DNA of 63,827 nucleotides, counting the filler, from Octopus bimaculoides (Eukaryota), in assembly GCF_001194135.2 (NCBI RefSeq). It is 6 parts of 6 records of this genome, joined end to end, with 100 filler letters (N's around TTAATTAATTAA, not from the genome) between each part and the next. Parts side by side here need not be neighbours in the genome. Positions count along the whole stretch, not along the records: positions 25,972 to 40,360 come from NC_068997.1; 5 more parts are not named here. One strand, 5' to 3'. This document shows, one piece after another, positions 28,040 through 38,448 of the stretch. The notes beneath the pieces were generated by a model. It was not told the origin of the DNA. It made no database searches and saw only the letters and a list, made by a program, of their open reading frames with translations. The position numbers were made by a program, and so were the translations under genes. Within the stretch, counting starts at the first letter, position 1; every line of letters starts with the position of its first letter.

Positions 28040-28446
28040 ATGTCATGCTAAGCTAATAAACTTGTCATTGTACTAAGTTAGTAAACCAACCACTGTATTA
28101 AAACCTTTTAGCATTTAAACCAGCCATCATCATCATCATCATCATCATCATCATTTAACGGCCGCCTTCCATGCTAGCATGGGTTGGATGATTTGACTGA
28201 GGACTGGTGAAACCAGATGGTTACACCAGGCTCCAATCTGATTTTGATCCAGCCAAAATATTCTACCTGTTCTATGTTCTAACTGGCCAGATCTGGCCTC
28301 TCACACCACCCTGCAATGTCATTTTAAAAATAAGTTATCACATCATCAAAATCTCAAAGTTACATGACAATGCATGATTAATTCAAAACAATGTGAATAA
28401 ACAAGCATTACACTTGATAGAATAACCTGAATGCTAATGGGGTTAA
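28040..28446. mobile_element. piggyBac-like MITE interrupted by a SINE 3' fragment (about 28110-28245)
   Basis: Starts CCTTTTAGCATTTAAACCAGCCAT and ends ...AATGCTAATGGGGTTAA. An uninterrupted relative lies at about 39545-39765. Confidence 0.55.
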
Positions 28447-29354
28447 TCAATTTCTATGAAATATTTACTGATTTTTTTATTTTTTTATTACCTATTTTTG
28501 TCTTTCTCCTCTTTTATTCTGTTTTTTATTTTCCTTGTTCTTCCTGTTTCTTCTCTCTCTCTCCATATTACATTGCCATATATTGTTGTCTATGAATGTG
28601 TCTTAACCATTTACTTCATGTAAATCCTCCCCACCACATCATTTTCTCTTTTGTATTTCATCTTTGTACTGTCCTCTGTGATCAGCCCTTGTGGCCTTTA
28701 ATAATAATAGTAATAATAATCCTTTCTACTATAGGCACAAGGCCTGAAATTTTGGGGGAGGGGGGAAAGTCAATTACATTGACTCTAGTACTCAGCTGGT
28801 GCTCATTTTTATCGACCCTGACAGGATGAAAGGTAAAGTCGACCTTGGTGGAACTTGAACTTAGAATATGAAGACAGATGAAATACTGCTAAGCACTTAG
28901 CCCAGTATGCTAACAATTCTGCCAGGTCATCACCTTAATAATTATAGTAATAATAATGATAATATCAATAGTATTAATAGTAAAACTAATAATGGTTTCA
29001 GCTTTCAGGGTCGATAAATTAAGTATCAGTTGCATACTGGAGTTGATCTCATAGACTGGCCCCCATCCCCAAAATTTCAGGCCTTGTGCCTAGAGTAGAA
29101 AAGAATAATGGTTTCAGCTTTTGGCTGAAGGCAATCAATTTCAGGGGAAGGAGTAAATTGATTTCATTGACTCTGGCAGTATTTGAACTCAGAATGTAAA
29201 TATTTGGAAGAAATGCCACTAAGCATTTTCTCCTGCACAGTCACAATTCCACCTGATCACTGCCTTGATAATGATACTAATAATATGTGGTTATAATTGA
29301 TATGTTTTCTGATGGCTCTGTCTGTTTGCTCTCTCTCTCTCTCTCTCTCTCTAG

Positions 29355-29480
29355 GCCTATGCTGCTGGCTGCGATATAGCGATTCTTGCCAGTGATTTCC
29401 AAAGAGTTCAAGTCATACCTGGTGTCACTCATGGTAACATCAAAGTTAGCTGTGTCGACTGTTCTACAGATACTGGCAAG
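29355..29480 (+). CDS. DMXL: DmX-like / Rabconnectin-3 alpha, internal coding exon (probably exon 2)
   Basis: Pyrimidine tract + AG at 29353-54 and GTAAGT donor at 29481. 126 nt, phase 0-0, AYAAGCDIAILASDFQRVQVIPGVTHGNIKVSCVDCSTDTGK, which closely resembles the recalled DMXL1 N-terminus (AYASGCDIVILGSDFERLQIIPGAKHGNIQVGCVDCS). Confidence 0.93.
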
Positions 29481-30855
29481 GTAAGTAAGAGACACCAACA
29501 TGCATGCATGCATACACATGTACACACACATGCACAGTCCACCTTCACTGGCATGGATGGGTTGGAAGGTTTGATAGGATCTGACCAGCCCATGGGTTGC
29601 TTTGGTCTCCAATGTCTGGTTTAGCAGATGCTTTTCCTAATGCCCACCACTTTACAGAGTGTACTGGGTACTTTTCACATGGCACCAGCACAGCACTGGT
29701 GAGGTCTGTTTTGGTATGTATATATGTATATATATATATATATAAGCAATGTTAATTCTCTAAATGAAGTATTAACAGTAACTGCACGATAAAGTGAAGT
29801 ATATTGCCACTTAAGTGTGGCTGACCCCTAGGGGTGGATGTTACTGTTGCTTTTAGCCCCAGGAGGACATCTCCTCCNNNNNNNNNNNNNNNNNNNNNNN
29901 NNNNNNNNNNNNNNNNNNNNNNNNNNNNNNNNNNNNNNNNNNNNNNNNNNNNNNNNNNNNNNNNNNNNNNNNNNNNNNNNNNNNNNNNNNNNNNNNNNNN
30001 NNNNNNNNNNNNNNNNNNNNNNNNNNNNNNNNNNNNNNNNNNNNNNNNNNNNNNNNNNNNNNNNNNNNNNNNNNNNNNNNNNNNNNNNNNNNNNNNNNNN
30101 NNNNNNNNNNNNNNNNNNNNNNNNNNNNNNNNNNNNNNNNNNNNNNNNNNNNNNNNNNNNNNNNNNNNNNNNNNNNNNNNNNNNNNNNNNNNNNNNNNNN
30201 NNNNNNNNNNNNNNNNNNNNNNNNNNNNNNNNNNNNNNNNNNNNNNNNNNNNNNNNNNNNNNNNNNNNNNNNNNNNNNNNNNNNNNNNNNNNNNNNNNNN
30301 NNNNNNNNNNNNNNNNNNNNNNNNNNNNNNNNNNNNNNNNNNNNNNNNNNNNNNNNNNNNNNNNNNNNNNNNNNNNNNNNNNNNNNNNNNNNNNNNNNNN
30401 NNNNNNNNNNNNNNNNNNNNNNNNNNNNNNNNNNNNNNNNNNNNNNNNNNNNNNNNNNNNNNNNNNNNNNNNNNNNNNNNNNNNNNNNNNNNNNNNNNNN
30501 NNNNNNNNNNNNNNNNNNNNNNNNNNNNNNNNNNNNNNNNNNNNNACCTAACACAAATCTCAATTCTCATGCATCCTTATTTTTCCAACCATTATATACA
30601 TGAACTACCATTGAACTTCAAAAGCTCAAAGACAATATAATGTATTGGTATAGTTATTTTTTTATATATTATTTTCTTCATTTTGTACTTCTTTGTAAAA
30701 AACATTTTCATTCTTCTTCTTGAAAATTTACTTCACAATGAAAGCCGGTTAGAAATCTTTATTAAAACATGCTTCCAATTTAGCATTCTGCCTTATTCTT
30801 CATTTTCCTATTATTTCTCCACGTGCGGTTAACACAACCCCACTATTTACTGACT

Positions 30856-30886
<31 letters not shown>

Positions 30887-31124
30887 ATATGTTTGTGTTT
30901 GTCCCCCCCCAACATCGCTTGACAACCGATGTTGGTATGTCCCCGTAACTTAGCGGTTTGGCAAAAGGGACCGATTTGCTCAACTAAAGGCGGTGCTCTA
31001 GCATGGCCACAGTCACATGACTGAAATAAGTAAAAGAGTATACACACACACACACACGTGTTTTTTTCTGTATATAATGTTATGTGATAATCATTTATTT
31101 ATCTGTTATGTTTTTTGGCTCCAG

Positions 31125-31196
31125 ATTGCAGCCTCTTACCAAAATAAGGTCTATATATTTGAACCAACACCTCTACTTCAACATGAAAGCTCTCAT
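31125..31196 (+). CDS. DMXL: DmX-like / Rabconnectin-3 alpha, next coding exon (probably exon 3)
   Basis: CCAG acceptor and GTAAGT donor. 72 nt, phase 0-0, IAASYQNKVYIFEPTPLLQHESSH, continuing the previous exon in frame (cf. DMXL IAASYGN.I.IFEP). Confidence 0.92.
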
Positions 31197-31489
31197 GTAA
31201 GTACCAACTCTACACTTCAAGAATTTTTGCAGCACCTTTAATGACTCCTTTCCATGTACAAATGTTCTTATAATTCCCTTTTATGGTCCTTTCAGCTTGC
31301 TTGTTTTTCTCAGTTAAAAATATTTCTACCTTGTAACTCAGAATTTCTGCTCTGTTATGAATACTGTTTTTCTAGTCATTATATATTTTCAATTATCAGT
31401 ATATAGATATTTTTTTTTTTACTGGAAGTGGAGGGATCATTATCTTCCTTTACTAAAAAGCTCTCAGGAATAATCCTGAGAAAAGGCTG

Positions 31490-31700
31490 CTAATTTTAAC
31501 AGGAGAAACCACAAATTTTATTAGGTAAAGCTACAAATTTTATGGAGAGCAGTCTGGAGTGAAACTACAGATTTTAGTGTCTGAAGCCATGAATTTTATA
31601 AGGAAAGGCCACAAATTTTATAGGGAGAAACCACATATTTAATGGGGCAAGGCCACCGAGGTCAGAATCAGAGGGAAACCAAAATTTTATAATTTTGTAA
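31490..31700. repeat. Degenerate ~21-bp minisatellite (GGAGAAACCACAAATTTTATA-like)
   Basis: Recurring ...AAACCACAAATTTTA... / ...AGGCCACAAATTTTA... / ...AAACTACAGATTTTA... units. Confidence 0.6.
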
Positions 31701-33849
31701 CAAAAAATAAAATCATCTAAGTAGTAAAAAAAAAAAAAAAGGAAGGAAAAAAGCCCAGCAAAAAATTAATGGAAATAGTCGTTAATTTTGACAACCCAAA
31801 TTTGTTAAGCGCTAATTAGATAGAATAATTAATACTTATTGAATTCTATTTATTAATCAAATTTATAGGGAAAAAAACTGATAACACAAAAAAAGACAAA
31901 AACCCAAAGGTGTTTTAAGACTTACCAATTTGATGTTGTCAACAGATTGTGGGGTAGAGAATGAGGGTGGTGGTGATTTTGGTGACAACAGTGATGGTCG
32001 TTGTGGCGAAGGCAGTGAAGGTTTTGGTGGTAGCGTTAGTGTTGATGATATTGGTTTTGGTGGTGGTGGTAATGATGGTGGTGGGGATGAGGTGGTAATG
32101 GTAGTGGTAGAAGCAATGGTGGTGGTAGTACAGGTGATAGTGGTGGTTGCAACAGTGGTAATGTGACAGTAGTGATGTTGGTGGTGGTGATGGTGATGGT
32201 AGTAGTGATGGCTGTGGTATGGGGNNNNNNNNNNNNNNNNNNNNNNNNNNNNNNNNNNNNNNNNNNNNNNNNNNNNNNNNNNNNNNNNNNNNNNNNNNNN
32301 NNNNNNNNNNNNNNNNNNNNNNNNNNNNNNNNNNNNNNNNNNNNNNNNNNNNNNNNNNNNNNNNNGGGGGGGGGGTGATAGTGGTAATGGTGATGGGCGG
32401 TGGTGGTGGCAGTGGCGGCGATGGAGAAGTGTTAAAGAAGCCAATGCATTACACTCACTGCATGGATCAATAGCAGCTGTTGCTCTACTACTACACCTCT
32501 GTCTCTCCCTCTTCTTCCCCCTCTCTCTCTCTCTCTCTCACTCTCTCCCTCTCTCACTCTCTCTCGATGCTTCTAACTGATTGATTGTTCATTTCATGGA
32601 TCTCAGCACATCCTTGCTGCTGCTGCTGCTGCTGTTGCTATTTTTTGTTGTTGTTGTTGTTGTTGTTGTTGTTCAGTGGTAGTTTCGTGTTCTGCTGCAG
32701 TGTGACTACTTTTACTGTTGTTATTATTATAACTGTAATCACCACCATCGCCATCACCACTACAGCATTACTACTTCTACTACTACTAATACTATATTGC
32801 TAATGCCATGAACACTGTTAAATCACTAACATCATCAACCTCCCTCTCCACTCCTGTTACTGCTACCACCTCACCTCTATCACCAGCACTACCAATGCCA
32901 CCACCATCACCACACTACAGCTTCTACTACTGTCACCAATACCACTATTATTGCCACCGTCGCCTCTAACCCCAACACTCCCCCGTCCCCTCCACTGCCA
33001 GCACCCCTCCCACAAACACCACTACACCTGCATTGCCACTACCATCACCACTACACCTGCATTGCCACTACCATCACCACTACCACCACCACCACTACCG
33101 TCAGCACAGCTACTGCACCTAACATCAATGCCAACACTTTAAGCCTCTCTACCACTCCACCACTGATGCATCTCTTGTGGTCACTGCCTCTGCTAGAAAT
33201 CACAGTTCAAATTGTAACTGACCACCTTGAAAAAGAAAGGACACACTGGGTGATATAACCTTGGAAACAAGACAGGATGGTCAATGCTGGAACACCTCTG
33301 ATCATAGGCATACTAAAATAGGGCTGATTTGGGGGGTTAAACAACAACAGCAATATCCCTACGCTGCCAACACCACCACTGTCATCACCACCATACCAAC
33401 CTTACCACTTCCATCACAACAGTCACATCATTAGCATCACCACTACCATACCATCGTTACTGCCCCTACACCACTGCTACCAGTACCATCACTGCAATAT
33501 CATAATTACTCGCTCCCCCCATACCATCCTTACCGTTACTCCATCACCATAATCCCTAAACCATTATCGCTGCTGAGGTCAGTTTGGGTTTTCATCCTTC
33601 AGGACTCAATTAAAATAAATACAGGGTTTGAATAAATCAATTACACCCAGGTGCAGGCATGGCTGTGTGGTAAGAAGCTTGCTTCTCAACCACATGGCTC
33701 CGGGTTCAATCTCACTGTGTGGCACCTTGGGCAAGTGTCTTCTGCTATAGCCTCGGGCCAACCAAGGCCTTGTGAGTGGATTTGATAGACGGAAACTAAA
33801 AGAAGCCTTAAAAGGAAACTAAAAAGAACCACTACGCCATATGCCTGTG

Positions 33850-34100
33850 GGCATATGGCGTAGTGGTTAAGAGCACGGGCTACTAACTCCAAGATTCTGT
33901 GTTCGATTCCAAACAGTGACCTGAACATTAACAATAATAATAATATCGAAAAATATCTTAGGAATGAGAACCCAGGTTCAAAATTTCCCCAAGATACCTG
34001 AAGAAGGCTGGAGGGTATATCAGCCGAAATGTTGTGTTAACAACAAACAAGATGAGGATAAATAGCCGTCGAATGTAAATAATGTAAAAGAAAAGAACTC
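33850..34100 (+). mobile_element. tRNA-derived SINE (Pol III A/B boxes) with a Penelope-like hammerhead-bearing tail
   Basis: A box TGGCGTAGTGG (33856-66), B box GTTCGATTCC (33901-10), short (AAT)n, then the hammerhead motif. The 3' end is approximate. Confidence 0.65.
33993..34038 (+). ncRNA. Minimal hammerhead ribozyme motif in the 3' part of a tRNA-headed SINE
   Basis: GATAC-CTGAAGA-A-GGCTG-GAGGGTATAT-CAGCC-GAAA-TGTT-GTGTT. Stem II is a perfect 5 bp; stem I pairs 5 of 5 including two G.U; AATGTT is one transition away from the palindrome AACGTT. Confidence 0.7.
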
Positions 34101-34449
34101 GCCCAAAATTTATGGTTACACATTATATAATCTAGGATGAAAACTGCTCTGTGGGTGGTTCTCTCTTTCAAATAATGTATTTTTATTTGTTTTATGTCTC
34201 TTTTTCCATGCTAGCATGGGTTTGAGGGAATATGTTATCAAAGCGTTGCTTTGCAACCAAATGCCCTTCCTTGTTTCTCACTAACCCATACCTGTTTTTC
34301 ATGTAAGGGATCTCTTAATTTACATCCCTTGAAAGGCATAAGGCTAGCAGATGATTTGTTGTCAGGGAGTAAATAAGAGCAATATCAGTGTCCATAACTG
34401 AACAATTTTCAGAGAAGTTCATATGTAAACAAAAAAAGAAATAAAGAAG

Positions 34450-34750
34450 ACGTCCTTCAGTCATGAATGACTATGGGATTGTAGAAAGTTCCCCTCCTAA
34501 GCACAAGTTTGAGCAAGGAAGACCAGCAGTTGCCCATGAATACCAGCTTCCCCTCTCCATGCCACTGATGTTACCCAAGGGAAAGGCAAAGGCTTGGCAC
34601 CAATGATGTTGCAACTCATTTCTACAGCTGAGTGAACTGGAGCAACGTGAAATAAAGTGTCTTGCTCTAGAACACCACACGCAGCCCTGTCTGGGAACTG
34701 AACTCACTTCCTCATGATTATGAACCTGATGCTCTAACCACTGAGCCATG
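34450..34750 (-). mobile_element. tRNA-derived SINE with conserved central core (GAGCAAGACACTTTATTTCACGTTGCTCCAGTTCACTCAGCTG)
   Basis: A box TGGCTCAGTGGTT on the - strand. A related core lies at about 10680-10800(+). Confidence 0.65.
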
Positions 34751-34761
34751 CACCTTCATGT

Positions 34762-34800
<39 letters not shown>

Positions 34801-36886
34801 NNNNNNNNNNNNNNNNNNNNNNNNNNNNNNNNNNNNNNNNNNNNNNNNNNNNNNNNNNNNNNNNNNNNNNNNNNNNNNNNNNNNNNNNNNNNNNNNNNNN
34901 NNNNNNNNNNNNNNNNNNNNNNNNNNNNNNNNNNNNNNNNNNNNNNNNNNNNNNNNNNNNNNNNNNNNNNNNNNNNNNNNNNNNNNNNNNNNNNNNNNNN
35001 NNNNNNNNNNNNNNNNNNNNNNNNNNNNNNNNNNNNNNNNNNNNNNNNNNNNNNNNNNNNNNNNNNNNNNNNNNNNNNNNNNNNNNNNNNNNNNNNNNNN
35101 NNNNNNNNNNNNNNNNNNNNNNNNNNNNNNNNNNNNNNNNNNNNNNNNNNNNNNNNNNNNNNNNNNNNNNNNNNNNNNNNNNNNNNNNNNNNNNNNNNNN
35201 NNNNNNNNNNNNNNNNNNNNNNNNNNNNNNNNNNNNNNNNNNNNNNNNNNNNNNNNNNNNNNNNNNNNNNNNNNNNNNNNNNNNNNNNNNNNNNNNNNNN
35301 NNNNNNNNNNNNNNNNNNNNNNNNNNNNNNNNNNNNNNNNNNNNNNNNNNNNNNNNNNNNNNNNNNNNNNNNNNNNNNNNNNNNNNNNNNNNNNNNNNNN
35401 NNNNNNNNNNNNNNNNNNNACATATATACGATGGGCTTCTTTCAGTTTCCGTCTACCAAATCCACTCACAAGGCTTTGGTCGGCCCGAGGCTATAGTACG
35501 AGACACTTGCCCAAGGTATCATGCAGTGGGACTGAACCCGGAACCATGTGGTTTGTAAGCAAGCTACTTACCACACAGCCACTCCTACGCCTATGATTAT
35601 TACTGTTATTTTTTGTTGTGGTTATGCTGTTGCTATTGTTGTTAATGCTGTTGTTCCTGTTGTTGTTGTTGCTGTTGCTGTTATGATATACAACTAAGAT
35701 GTCATTAGTAGTTAAGAGTTTAGTATAAATTTTTATTGATTAATCCACATTGTGGTGCATTGCTTAATCTAACTGTGTGTGTGTCTGTGTGTGTACTTTG
35801 GTGCCTGTGTGAGGTAGTCGTGTGTGTATCCGGGTTTCTGTGCATGTATGGTAGTGTGTGTGCGTGTGTGAGTCTGTGTGTGCATACCTTCAGGTCTATG
35901 AAACTGTGCCTGTATGCAGTAATGTGTGTTTGTGTCTGTGTGTACCTCTGTATGTGTACCTCTGTATGTGTACTTGTCTGTGTTTGACTGTATGTATATG
36001 TTATATTAACTCCGGTTCTTCCATTTCAACCTCTCACTCTACCACCACCACCACCACTGCCTCCTTTCTCCTCCTCCTCCTTCATCTCTGCTGTTCATTG
36101 TCTGTCTATCCCTCTCCTTTACCCCTTCTCTCCCTATCTCCTCCACCCCCATCACACATTACCATATCCATTAAATGTTGTTATTGCTTTCCTTATCAAC
36201 AAACATATGGCAACAAGATAATGCACAGGCATACATGCACACAGACATACATGCACACAGTCATACAGTCACACACGCATACATGCACACATACATATAC
36301 ATGCTCACATGCGTTTCTAAATGATAAAAATATAAACCAGTAAATGAAGCAAGTGATTGAATGATGAAATGGGATGAATGGATAGGAGAATGAATGAAAT
36401 GAACACTTGAAGGTAGACAGGATGAATGAAAACAGAATGAATACACACACACATGCACATGCACACACTCTTAATTTCAAACCAAATATAGGGAATCAAA
36501 TGTCAAAACACTTGTGGTGACAGTGGTGGCAACGGTACCGGCAAAGTTAGTGATGGTGGTGAGGGTGATAATAATGGAGATATTTGTTGTTGTGGTGGTT
36601 TTGGTTGGGATATTGGTGATGGTGATAATGATGGTTTCAAATTTTGACACAAGACTGGCAATTTTGGATTGTTGGGGTAGTCAATTACATTGATCCCAGT
36701 ACTTAACTGGTACTTATTTCATTGTTCCTTGAAAGCTGAAAGGCAATGTCAACCTTGGCAGAAATAATAATTACAAACATTGGCACAAGTCAAGTTCTGT
36801 GGAGGATACATTTATCCTCCACAGGAGTGGGTGTCTGTCTTTGTGGGGTCATTGACATCAGAATAAACAGTAGATGAAAGCATTAA

Positions 36887-37087
36887 CTCTTTGAATAGCA
36901 ACCTGCTGAAGAATGCCCCTGGTTCTAGAAGACAAACTTTCTTGTTTTAAAGTGATCTAAATTAAAAATTCATGTTGTAAACATTAGCGTAATAATGACA
37001 AAGTTGTTTTGCCAAATTCTTTATTATTTTTGAGAATTAATTGACACAAAGGCATTGTAGTTCAACAGAAATGTAGTAATGAAAGGG
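36887..37087. mobile_element. piggyBac-like MITE
   Basis: TTAA flanks at 36883-86 and 37088-91 with CTCTTT / AAAGGG termini. A partial second copy follows to about 37243, and a related copy lies at about 6595-6801. Confidence 0.65.
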
Positions 37088-37352
37088 TTAAAGCAATCTA
37101 AACTAAAACCTTCCACCAAAATTTCATGTTGAATTATGTTCCTAACACCAGCTTGATAAAGACAGATATTTTATTGAATTTTTCATTATTTTCAAAAATA
37201 ATTGCATCGAAGCCAACTGAAACAGGGTAACAAAAGGGTTAATTATTTTCACATCTTGAAAGGCGGCATCCAAAAATATATATCTTTAATAACCTGTAAT
37301 AATTTTGTTGTCTATTTTGTGTTTTTTACCATTTCACATTTCTATCTTTTAG

Positions 37353-37431
37353 AAATTGGACTACTGCTGGTACAAGACTGCCTCTTTTACCGCCGAATGT
37401 TTCATCCATTCTCTGGCTTGGAACATTGATG
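37353..37431 (+). CDS. DMXL: DmX-like / Rabconnectin-3 alpha, next coding exon (probably exon 4)
   Basis: Long pyrimidine tract + TTTTAG acceptor and GTAAGT donor. 79 nt, phase 0-1, KLDYCWYKTASFTAECFIHSLAWNID(G), matching the WD40 segment W..T..F......L.W..G of DMXL/Rbcn-3A. Confidence 0.88.
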
Positions 37432-37766
37432 GTAAGTAGAACTGCATGTAACAAGTTGTTTTACTGTTGTTCTCTCTGGTTTTTACATTTTTTGTTTTGT
37501 TTTTCATACAAAATGTGTGCACACATACATACATACATACATACATGCATACACACATATAAATGTATTCTAGGTCTTGTATGAGGAAAATATCTGGAGA
37601 ATGTGAGACTTGAACTCTTGACCAAGTGGTCAGTGTCAATTGTTGTTCAGTCTTGTTATATATGTTTTGGGATATGGAGACACATTCACCCCATCACACA
37701 GACACACACACACACATGAAACAACGTAGTTGACAAATTTCTCATCCAGACAACCATATCAACAGT

Positions 37767-37803
<37 letters not shown>

Positions 37804-38175
37804 TGCATATTCGTTACAAGTTTTAGTCTTTGTAAAATGTTTATGCCGGACGTTGAATTAATGTTCTACCCAGCTTTATATTTATAATAACTGGGTATTA
37901 AAAATCTTTTATAGGTATGCTTTGTTATTAACCATTCCTGTCCTTATACCCGTGTGTTAAAGTATGTAGGTATGTCTTCAATGTTGACCTTTCCAACCCT
38001 ATATCCAAGTGTTAAAATATGTTAAAACATGTCTTTATTGTTAAGTTTAAATCTAAAATAATCCAAATATTTCCCTTCCTCCTGCCCTCTCTCTGTCTCG
38101 GGTTCACATAAAAATTGAAAATTCCACAGACAATATGTGACTGATCAAATGTATTCATATGTTTGTGTAGGTGGA

Positions 38176-38207
<32 letters not shown>

Positions 38208-38234
38208 GATATATATATATAGGTTCAAGCATGG

Positions 38235-38448
38235 TCAATGACAGTGCTGCCTGATTGGCCGTTTTCGTGCGGGTGACACGTAAAAGCACCCACTACACTC
38301 TCTGAGTGGTTGGCGTTAGGAAGGGCATCCAGCTGTAGAAACTCTGCCAAATCAGACTGGAGCCTGGTGTTGCCATCCGGTTTCACCAGTCCTCAGTCAA
38401 ATCGTCCAACCCATGCTAGCATGGAAAGCGGACGTTAAACGATGATGA
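38235..38448 (+). mobile_element. SINE family D 3' part (...AAGGGCATCCAGCTGTAGAAAC...CCATGCTAGCATGGAAAGCGGACGTTAAAC(GAT)n)
   Basis: Related copies at about 38475-38620(-), 39080-39350(-), 53425-53620(+) and 28110-28245(-). Confidence 0.78.

Noticed and set aside
1-29354. First coding exon of DMXL (expected M..HQ.LTGA.N.GD.C...G)
   Set aside because: Not found in the sequenced bases; probably in a gap (for example 22318-23162 or 25872-25971) or upstream of the window, so it was not annotated.
31863-33560. His/Thr/Pro- or Gly/Val-rich ORFs
   Set aside because: Translation of degenerate (CAC/CAT/GGT)n trinucleotide repeats with frequent stops and no splice support.
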